In this document: positions 23,101 to 32,381 of the stretch, in pieces
Layout: every line of letters starts with the position of its first letter
Position numbering within the stretch: position 1 is the first letter of the stretch
From: Lingula anatina
Lineage: Eukaryota; Animalia; Brachiopoda
Direction: 5' to 3'
DNA length: 64,000 nt
Assembly: GCA_051362555.1 (NCBI GenBank)
Contig: CM120648.1
Coordinates: 18,968,587 to 19,032,586 of the forward strand
Made by a program: the position numbers and the translations under genes
The notes under the pieces: model-generated
Seen by the model: only the letters and a program-made list of their open reading frames with translations
Told to the model about the DNA's origin: nothing
Databases searched by the model: none

Positions 23101-26100
23101 ACGTGATCTTACATGATCTTAATCATTACTTTACAGCAGTAGTCTTGAAATGGACTGAATCTGCTTTTAAGACCAAAAATGATCTAACATCTACTTAAGT
23201 GGTCAAGCAGTTTCCTCCCCTCAATGGGGGATACACAATGGGGGATACCTCCCCTCACAAAAGAGGACACCTCTGCTCACAATAGGAGAATGTGTAAGGG
23301 GAGACAACTTAATTGGCTGTCAGACTAGAAATGGTCTTACTCATGTTTTAACATCATGTAAGACTATTTGTGTTCTTAAATTGCACTTTAAGACCAAATC
23401 AAGCCCACTAGTGTCTGTTATGTGCATGTGCAGCATATTTAATACCTTATCAGTCAACAATGTACCTTGATAGCATGTGCATGATATCCATACCCTTATA
23501 TTTTCAGATCACATTATTGTCAAATACACAATTTTCCAAATATTTATTTTAAAGCAAGGCTTAAAGTGATGGATTGTCATATGCACATATTAATTGTTGA
23601 TGTTTAAGGATGCCCAGTATGTAGAACATTATTATTAACAGTGGATTTCTATTAATATTGGGTTGAAAGTTACATTGCACTTGCTGTTTCTTAGATAGTT
23701 TAATTTGCAGTCAACAAATTTAGGTATTACACTCTCATGGATGTAATCAACATTGATACAATATTTATTTGTCAGAAAATTATTTATTTTTTATTAATTT
23801 TATTATTATTATTTTATTATATATATATATATATAATTTTTTTTTTTTTTTTTGGCTCAGAATGTTCTATTTCTTGGCTTGTACTGAAATGTGAGTGTAA
23901 ACCTAGTATTTGTTGTCATGGTAATTCTTTCTGTTGCATGTTTTTCTTCATTTTCCTTTCCCTGCATTTTCTCCACTAGAGGTCTCTTCTAGATGATTTC
24001 CCCGAGCAATATACTGACTCTGTGCGAAGTGGCAAAAGTGTTCAATTTAATGTCATGGACTTACAAGAGGTAAGTTTAACATCAGGACTTACAGGCCTGA
24101 AGCCAGGGGGTTTGGGGTTCAAAGAACTCCCTTTTTGCTGGGAAAAGGTCCTCTCTGGGGAAAGTTTTATCTAGGTACACGGGGTTTCATGATTAAAGGT
24201 CCACTTTTTCATAAAAAAGACCCCCCCCCCCCTCCTCTTGAAATAGCTGGCTATGGGACTGACTTTCAAGAGGTAAGTTTCATGTAATAGACTTACAGGA
24301 GGTAAGTAATTGAATTATTCTTCTGAAACACTGTCACTACCCATGTCAGTAATTATCATTGCTGTTTTAAAAGTACTAAGAATTATAGTTATGTGACAGG
24401 CACTGCATCCAGGAGCTAATTAAATGATATCATGGTGGGTCAGAGGTGAAGTGAAGGTCAGGGAGGGTCAGAGGTGAACTGAAGGTCAGGGAGGGGTCAG
24501 AGGTGAACTGAAGGTCAGGGAGGGGTCAGAGGTGAAGTGAAGGTCAGGGAGGGGTCAGAGGTGAACTGAAGGTCAGGGAGGGGTCAGAGGTGAAGTAAAG
24601 GTCAGGGAGGGGTCAGAGGTGAACTGAAGGTCAGGGAGGGATCAGAGGTGAAGTGAAGGTCAGGGAGGGGTCAGAGGTGAAGTGAAGGTCAGGGAGGGGT
24701 CAGAGGTGAAGTGAAGGTCAGGGAGGGGTCAGAGGTGAAGTGAAGGTCAGGGAGGGGTCAGAGGTGAACTGAAGGTCAGGGAGGGGTCAGAGGTGAAGTA
24801 AAGGTCAGGGAGGGGTCAGAGTTGAACTGAAGGTCAGGGAGGGGTCAGAGGTGAAGTAAAGGTCAGGGAGAGGTCAAATGTTATAAAGGTCAGGAAAGAG
24901 GCAGGTGTCCATCACAGGGTCAGTTTTGGGTCAAAAGACCAAGAAACGTGTCAAGAAAAAAGTTGTATTGAGAGTCATTTAACAATTGGGCATATAGCAG
25001 TTGAGTTTCTTTACATGTAATAATATTTATTAATTATGATTTTATAGAGATAAACATTGTTTCCTTATTTTTTGAGATTTCCTAGGCTTACATAATATTT
25101 CATATTTAAAAGCTTATTTGAAGGTTGCTTTTTAGAGGTGACTGAGTAAAATGCTTTTCTTGCTAGCTTATAAATGTGTAATTATATTTTAGATGTTTAG
25201 CTTTCCTAAAGAATATTGTATCAGTTGTGGTGATACCCTAGTAGTATTATATCCCAGACACTGGTTTAGGGGTGTATGGACTACAGGTTTTCTGTCTTGT
25301 AATTTTGTCTGTCCAATAAAATTACTTCACTTAGTAAATGTATTACAAAACAATTGGTCAGCAGATTGTATTAATAACTAAAATTTTCAGACTTTTTTTA
25401 AGATGAAGAAAAGGTAAATGGTGTTAGTGAATATTATTGATATTACTTTGTATTATGGTAAGTTGATTTCAGGAATGTCTCTAGTATGGTGTGATGTGTG
25501 ATATATTTGATATGTTTATCATGTGTGTGTGTTGTGTTTAGAATTTATTTTGTCATGATTATAGAACTTGCAGTGATGAGAGCCACAGTGTCTTCACTAG
25601 AACAGCTTGCAGTGAACTGACACATGGTTACTACTTTAGAGAGTATCTAGAACCAGTTTCAGAAAATGACTTAAAAGTTTGCTTTTCTTTGAAGTCTTTA
25701 TTGCATTCAACATAAATTCTGAATTAAAGACGAGACTTTTAACTTAGCTGAAATCACCCTACCTGGTTAACAATAGAATGTTATTTTAAAACCCGATATT
25801 TTATTTGAAAGGTATAGGTGATGAGATCAATAACCTTTATAAAGATGTTGCGTAGTTTATGTATTAAAATGGCACATTTCTATACTTCAAAAATAACTGA
25901 TTTCAAAAAGTTATCATTCTGTCATTGGATTATTTCTCTTCATTTGCAAGCCTCCACAGAGAGTGATAGATTTGAGTGAAGAAGAGGTAAAGTACCAGTA
26001 GCATGATGTGTGCTGTGTTCATTTATAAACTGACATCAGAGAAGACTTACATCCGCTGTGTTATGTTAGAACAATTAGGCTTCGTTCACATGCAATGTCT

Positions 26101-28242
26101 ATTTTCTAAATTCTATTTTCTATTCGCGCTATCTTATGATCACGGTCTGTGCACTGAATATCCCGCGGCGTAATTACTGGCAGCGCGAGCCAGTTACTAT
26201 AAGTTACTATAAGTAACTGGCTCGCGCTGCCAGTAATTACGCCGCGGGATATTCAGTGCACAGACCGTGATCATAAGACATACCGAAAATAGAAAATAGA
26301 ATTTAGAAAATAGACATTGCATGTGAACGAAGCCTTAAGTAGTTTTTCTTCAATCAACAGCTAATATTTGGCAGCAAATATTGCCTCATTCCATGATGTA
26401 GATACTCATGAGAGACATTGAAATATTGGAGGTAATTATTAGCTGCCAGTATTCACTGGTCATTGAAGAAAAATGTCTTTATTCTTAAACTGACATATTG
26501 TTAATGTTGTTTAGTTCAGTCAAACCCAACCAAAGAATTTAAAACCATGTTCAGAAGAGGCAGATGAAGGCGGTTATTTTGACAGAAGCTTCGAAACCAG
26601 AAAGAAAGTGACCAAGTGTATAATAGGCCAATTTATCTGCTGCTTCTTTAAAAATATATGTTACATTTTGTTTACTTATTGATGTCAGGGGCATATAATA
26701 AGGGTTGAAATGTCAAATAATTGACATAAAGTGTGACCTATACCATCCCATCCCCAGGTACTCATAGTAGTTAAGATGTGAATTATGGTTTTATCCTAGA
26801 TATTCAATATTAGTACTTGAACCTAACTCACACTGCTTCATTTTGACAGCCTTAAGTCATGCCAAAAACTATAAGTATAATAGTATAAATATTTCACAAC
26901 TGTCACTATGAATGAAAATCATAATATTTAATCAATAACAAAAATAAAAAAAAAATAAGTCTTGAGATTCAATTTTGTAAGAAACTTACATAAAAGTGTA
27001 TCACATTCTATTGAATTACAACTTTATAGGCTAAGAATTGGTTAAATTCCTTCTTGGATCACTATAAGGCTTTTGCAGTTAAGATGGAAGGCTTTATTAT
27101 ATGAAGCAGGGTCTGGCTCTGTAGATATTAATGACAACCTGTTTTATTGCTCTCTGTAGATGTAAAATGACACAGTTGTTATTACACTGGGTCTGGGTCT
27201 GTAAATTCCATTGCTGGTCAGTTTTATTTCTTCCAGTAGTCATAAAATAGCACAGCTCTCAGTGGCAGATATTAAGAGGGGTGTCAGGGGGGTCCTGACC
27301 CCTCCCCTCCCCTTTGATTACTGAGAAAAAAATCACACCTATAATTCCTCTTGAAATTATAATTTTGTGTAGCTTAATCATAGTTTTAAACTATACCAGA
27401 TGTCACCATTCACCAAATAAAATACCAAAATATCAGTGTTTGGGTGTAGTGAGACATCTTTACAATGTTTTTTTTAAACATGGTGTGACATTGTTTTGAC
27501 AGTGGTGTGGTATATTTGGACATAGTGTGACATTGTTTTGACAGTGGTGTGGTATATTTGGACATAGTGTGACATTGTTTTGACAGTGGTGTGGTATATT
27601 TGGACCTAGTGTGACATTGTTTTGATGTTAGTGTGATGTTGTTTGGATGTTTTGACATTTTTACAGTTTTTTTTTTCTCGGACATGGTGTGACATTTTTT
27701 GACAGTGGTGTAATATTTTTGACAGTAGTGTGACATTGTTTTGACACTGATGTTTTTTCTGTAGCAAAGACAGTGGGAGGAAGAGCAGTTGAAATGTCAG
27801 GTGAAGTTTGAAGAGGCTCAGATAGACCCCGCCCCCTTCCAGCTAGTGGAGAGGACTTCCTTACAGAAAGTAAGATGAAAAAAAAACAGAACATTTAGAA
27901 AATGCATGGCTGGTTTTCAAGAATGTTCATTTTATCTGCATCTCTGTCTTTTACATAAATAAAACTTTCCAAAATTCAATAATGACTGGGGAATTGAAAA
28001 AAGAGAGGATCATTTAATCAAAATAAAATTTAGCATCAATGCAGAGGAATCTGTCGAAGTGTTTCAGCTTATTCTTGGAAGAAATGGATCCATCATAATG
28101 GCATGGGAGAACTGAATTGTACATGCATTCTTTACAGTACCTAAGTAGTTAAGACTTCACCGTTTCACTTCTTTCTCACTATGTGGTTGTGGCTATGTTT
28201 CAGGTTCAGGTGGAAGTGAGGGAACGGTCGGATAGTGAGGCT
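11741..28242 (+). CDS. CLCN2: ClC-2/ClC-a-like chloride channel, C-terminal two-thirds, apparently defective. Exons 11741-11842, 12941-13025, 13771-13929, 14242-14311, 14824-14934, 15456-15553, 16189-16304, 17140-17273, 17827-18154, 18504-18705, 19132-19226, 20925-21002, (23980-24069), 25951-25986, 27765-27869, possible terminal exon 28204-28242
   Basis: The spliced translation gives [115 protein letters not shown]1 (VEDFMIRD...[18 protein letters not shown]), [18 protein letters not shown] and [14 protein letters not shown]. Phases fit except for a -1 frameshift at 17894-17896. Confidence 0.92.
11841..12222 (+). repeat. 78-bp tandem repeat, ~5 copies, each starting with the splice donor AA|GTAAGT
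   Basis: Direct periodicity, seen as the 26-aa pseudo-repeat in ORF 11687. Confidence 0.95.
12494..12971 (+). repeat. 81-bp tandem repeat, ~6 copies, each with a splice acceptor plus the first ~30 nt of a CLC exon
   Basis: TTTATTTCAG|T(C/T)GATTCATCTATCC recurs every 81 bp. Confidence 0.95.
13240..13785 (+). repeat. Degenerate ~32-bp tandem repeat containing the acceptor TTTCAG|TTAACTCAC, interrupted by a MITE
   Basis: Near-perfect copies at 13668-13785 and increasingly diverged copies upstream. Confidence 0.8.
13480..13668. mobile_element. Second copy of the CAGGCCTACCC MITE, 5-bp TSD TTTCA
   Basis: Same TIRs as 5665-5946; TTTCA flanks both sides. Confidence 0.85.
14845..15112 (+). repeat. 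87-bp tandem triplication of a CLC exon end plus donor (in frame, no stops)
   Basis: ...[11 protein letters not shown] occurs three times in ORF 14856; donors follow 14934, 15021 and 15108. Confidence 0.95.
15502..16085 (+). repeat. 77-bp tandem repeat, ~7.5 copies, of the last 52 nt of a CLC exon plus donor GTAAGA
   Basis: TGTGATAG...CCTGCTGTG|GTAAGACAACTG recurs every 77 bp. Confidence 0.95.
16282..16950 (+). repeat. 32-bp tandem repeat, ~21 copies, of a CLC exon end plus donor (CCAG|GTAATA)
   Basis: GATATCATCCCCACCAAGTCCAGGTAATATGT periodicity. Confidence 0.95.
18198..18430. mobile_element. Degenerate MITE of the same family as 22786-23035 and 57918-58131
   Basis: Shared 3' end GATCTAGGCATG...AACCCAGTCTTA and similar internal layout. 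Confidence 0.55.
19650..20065 (+). repeat. ~100-bp unit in three copies, with a MITE-like fragment (~19830-19992) between the second and third
   Basis: CCTGAAGGTCA(A/G)CATACCTGTATCT...GTCAACTGTTTG at ~19667, ~19764 and ~19991. Confidence 0.7.
20203..20945 (+). repeat. 57-bp tandem repeat, 13 copies, each with an acceptor (CAG|GATTCC) and a GTATGT donor-like motif
   Basis: Acceptor AGs are spaced 57 bp apart from 20240 to 20924; the last copy runs into the real exon. Confidence 0.95.
22786..23035. mobile_element. PIF/Harbinger-type MITE (degenerate)
   Basis: Imperfect TIRs, TTA-type flanks, and similarity to 57918-58131. Confidence 0.6.
23057..23413. mobile_element. CACTA-like MITE with 3-bp TSD (TCT)
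   Basis: TIR CACTAGTGGGCTAGATTTGGTCTTAAAGTGCAATTTAAG / CTTAAATTGCACTTTAAGACCAAATCAAGCCCACTAGTG; TCT on both flanks. Confidence 0.85.
24436..24892 (+). repeat. 29-bp G-rich minisatellite, ~15 copies (GGGTCAGAGGTGAAGTGAAGGTCAGGGAG)
   Basis: Direct periodicity. Confidence 0.95.
26078..26334. mobile_element. Near-perfect foldback PIF/Harbinger-type MITE with TTA TSD
   Basis: ~120-bp arms GGCTTCGTTCACATGC... / ...GCATGTGAACGAAGCC around a short centre; TTA on both sides. Confidence 0.9.
27470..27748 (+). repeat. ~42-bp tandem repeat directly upstream of a CLC acceptor, containing TTTTGACAG
   Basis: GTGTGACATTGTTTTGACAGTGGTGTGGTATATTTGGACATA periodicity. Confidence 0.85.
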
Positions 28243-28539
28243 TGAACTACATCAACTCATCAGATAGTGAGGCGTAAATAATAATTGCTCATGGTCAGTT
28301 TGGGACAGAAAGGAAAGTGAAGCACATGGAAACTGAAATATTTTATCAGGACATGAAATATGCCAGAAGACAGTGAAGAGAACATTACTAGGAGCTGTGT
28401 ACCAGTAGAGAGAGAGGAGAGTATGAACTCTTTAACATTGGTGCTGTGGTCACAATACTTGGTGTTTACCATGTACCCCCCTCTCACTGCTGACATTATG
28501 CATTTAGGGAGTTATCAAAATAAAGAACAAAGAGATATG

Positions 28540-28890
28540 GCATGTCATGATAGTCCATGACTTGACAGTCAGTGTCATGGTAACCATTGCCATGACAATA
28601 TGCCATGACAGTGCATGACCTGACATTCAGTATATGGTAATTGTTGCCATGACAATATGCCATGACAGTGCATGACCTGACATTCAGTATATGGTAATTG
28701 TTGCCATGACAGTCCATGACCTGACATTCAGTACCATGGTAACCATTGCCGTGACAATATGGCATGACCGTCCATGGCCAGACATTCAGTATCATGGTAA
28801 CCGTTGCCATGGCAACATGGCATGACAGTCCATGACCTGACATTCAGTACCATGGTAACTGTTGCCATGACAACATGCCATGACAGACTA
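28540..28890 (+). repeat. ~45-57-bp degenerate tandem repeat rich in GTTGCCATG(G/A)CAA and TGACCTGAC
   Basis: Direct periodicity. Confidence 0.85.
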
Positions 28891-29069
28891 TGTCGTCATA
28901 TACAGTTACACAGTAACCATTGTTTCAGTTCATAATAATGCCAATATCATTTTATCCATGTTAAATTTATTTGGGTCCTTAAGTAAATAAATACATTGTA
29001 ACTACTGGTGTATGGGGGTGGGGGGGGGGTTCATGCCAAGGCAGTCCTTTTGTACCCAGAGTTTAAGAG

Positions 29070-29322
29070 TCTACTGTAGACTGACCTGTGTAATCATCAT
29101 GTCTTCCAGAAAGGGAGGGGAGACATGATGATAATACAGCTTACTGGTAGTTTACTGTAGACTGACCTGTGTAATCATCATGCCTTCCAGAAAGGGAGGG
29201 GAGACATGATGATGATAATAGAGCTTACTGGCAGTTTACTGTAGACTGACCTGTGTAATCACCATGCCTTCCAGAAAGGGAGGGGAGACAAGCTGATAAT
29301 AGAGCTTACTGGCAGTCTACTG
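29070..29322 (+). repeat. ~80-bp tandem repeat, 3 copies
   Basis: TACTGTAGACTGACCTGTGTAATCA...CCAGAAAGGGAGGGGAGACA occurs three times. Confidence 0.9.
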
Positions 29323-29566
29323 GAAACTCCAAAACTCTGGATGCCATTTTAGTCATATATTTGTATATATATATATATATAAACATTACCATATTTTTTA
29401 TATCTCTTTTTGTACAGACTGCATTATGATTTAAATTAGCTTTTTGAATGGTCAAATGACCCCTTGTTTTCCTTGTTCTGTTTATTTCAGTCATTGGCAT
29501 ATTATCATTATTCATAAATTTCAATTATCACGAAACAGATACAACTGTAACAGTGAATTTCCCTCT

Positions 29567-31371
29567 TAGTCTGGATGACTGGTGCTATATTTTGGCCAAA
29601 TTGCTCAAAATGTGGAAAAAGCATGAAACTTGGCACAAATGTTCTTTGGTCTATACTGATCATTTTCAAGGGCAGTGCCCAAAATTTCAAAGCGTTGCTT
29701 AGCAACCGTTGCTATGGAAGTGAATTTCCTTAGTAACAAGCTAATTAGACCTTTCTTGTCCAGTTTAAATGGTTTAGAAATGCTAATAACTATTTTACAG
29801 GGCATCAGAACTATCACTAGACTATTCAAAAGTAATTAAAACCCAAATTAACCTAAGCCATGATTGCTAGGCAGTATATTACCCTAGCAACAAGCATTTA
29901 AAGTTGCGTTAGTCTATTAAGTAAGGCAAATCTATAATACTAGCTAAGAACTATACTTTTGAGCAAGATATTCATACTTTTAATATACTTACATGCACAC
30001 TAAACTTTACATGGCTTAAAAGACCTCTTTATGAAGAAAATAAGAGTAAGTGGAGAACCTATTTTCTCGGCGAAATGTCAGGAATTGGTAGTAACAAAAG
30101 GTGGATTAAAAATACTAAAAGCAGCTTCTTATCACTTTTGGCAAAGATGAATGGTTCTTTGAGTGAAGTTCAGGAAAATTGCATTTTAACCCCAGACGAA
30201 ATCCTATCACAACCATTATGTCAAAACTCAAAAATTGAAAGAAATTGAAAAACTGTTTTCCATAAAAGATGGTGTAAAAATGTTTTCTTTTTTTACACAT
30301 GATATTATTACAATGATATTATAAATGACATTTGAAATCCCCTTTGTCTAGAGGAACTCGACAAAAAATTAACCTTAACACCAACTTTCTGGGCTAATTC
30401 AGCATCCAAAAGAGCTTGCCATCTGAATGGCTATCTCTTCCCATGGAAGGAAATTGAGCATAGCAATCCAAGAAATAATTGACTCAATTAAACAAGTTAC
30501 CAAACCATCCAGATATTTTTTCGCAAAAATCCTCCAAAGCCATATAATATCACTAGATAAAGGTGTAGGTGAATGGCAGAATATTTAAAAAAAAAACCTT
30601 GAGTACTGATAATTGGGAACTAACATTTAGGAAACAGATCACAAGAAATTGAAGTTTCTCCAATTCAGAATAAATCATAGAATATTCAATACTTATGCTT
30701 ATCTTATGAATTTGAGAATTTTGCAATACTGCTAGGGAAAATATTCAGTTTCTGTTCGTTTTTTGGGATTGTCCACATGTAAAAAATGTTTGGATGTGCA
30801 TCATTTGCCCAGCTAAAGATAATTTAGGTGTGGTCATTGATAGATCTCCAGAGATATTTGTATTTGGGTTTGTGCAAGCATACACTATTTATGTACCTAT
30901 CTTAATAACTAAGAAACATGTGAGTATATGTAGAATGAGAACAGAAAGATGGGAAGGAACTGGAGGGTATGTAAAATGCTACAGAGATACCTGTAAATAT
31001 ATTATTAAATATATATTATTAAATATATATTATTAAATAAATAATGTTTAATACTTGTTGCTAGGGTAATATGCTGCCTAGCAACTGTTGCAATGGTTTA
31101 CTTGGATTTTTAATGTCTTAAAATAATATAGTGATAGTTCTGATGGCTTGAAACATTATTAAGAGCCTTTTTAAATCATTTAAACTGAACAAGAAAGGTC
31201 CAATTAGCTTGTTACTAAGGTAAATCACTTCCTTAGCAACGGTTGCTAAGCAACGCTTTGAAATTTTTGGCACTACCCTTGAAAATGATCAGCATAGTCC
31301 AAAGAACATTTATGCCAAGTTTCATGCTTTTTCCACCTTTTGAGCAATTTTTGCACCAGTCATCTAGACTA
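29567..31371. mobile_element. Non-autonomous Academ-like DNA transposon with ~330-bp TIRs and 3-bp TSD (TCT)
   Basis: Termini TAGTCTGGATGACTGGTGC / GCACCAGTCATCTAGACTA; inverted similarity extends to ~29895 and ~31050. TAG termini, long TIRs and a 3-bp TSD fit Academ. Confidence 0.8.
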
Positions 31372-32381
31372 TCTGGGTTTTAACTGTTGTTTATATTTAA
31401 CAAAAAGAAACAGCACTATGCTGTCAAGTGCAAGGAGCCAAGTTGTTTTAAAATAGGTTGTTCTGTTAAAATAGACCGAACTGTTTTTATACGCTGTGGT
31501 ATACAGTGTTTGTCCACATAAATAGAATTCCTCTCTCTTCTTTAGAATGTCAATTTAATACTTTTGATTTACTGAACAGCTGTGGCCAACAAACATATAT
31601 TATCTCTATCTTATAAAGTATAAGGGTGTGTGTATGTGTGTGATCATTTGTGGATATGTAACAGTATAAGAAACGTTGTGCAGCATAAAATTTGTTAAAA
31701 CTACATAGTCATAGATAGCCTTGTGTATAAAGTTGGAGCCATGATATGTAAAAAATGAAGTCCTCCTTTTCAGATATTCTAGTCTTACATACAGTATGTA
31801 CATGTAGTATTGGGCCAGAATATCACTTGGTTGTTGTGGGATTTTGTACTTTTTATTATTCAGTCAGAAAAATTTCATTAGCATGGTGGGCCTCATATAA
31901 TATGCTTACAAACTTCAGCATTGGTCGATCAAACATTTACATTGTTTATGCATCAATTATGTGCATATGTTATTGTTTATACAGAATGAAGTTAATCCAA
32001 GCCTGATATGCGTATATATTAGTGTTATGCAAGGTGTATTTAATAATAACTAACAGCAGTATTAACTACAGACTTCAGTGCAGTGATTTAGATGGCATCA
32101 TACCAGGAAGTTTATCAACACTTCTGTCTTCTCTGTACTGCTGAGATTTGAGACACAACTGTTGACCTTTGCAATTATTGAAAAATAAATATATTTTTCT
32201 TGAAATACAAGCTATTGTCTGTCTTGATTGACAGTAGACAAAGTTGTACATATATGCTTTAAAGAAGTTGGATGAAAATGACTACTACTGGTAAGATCCT
32301 AAAAACATTACTTTTCATTTGCAATTGAAAAACGATTCCGTATAAACTTTTGTAGTTCTAAGGTATAAGCTAGGGTGATAT

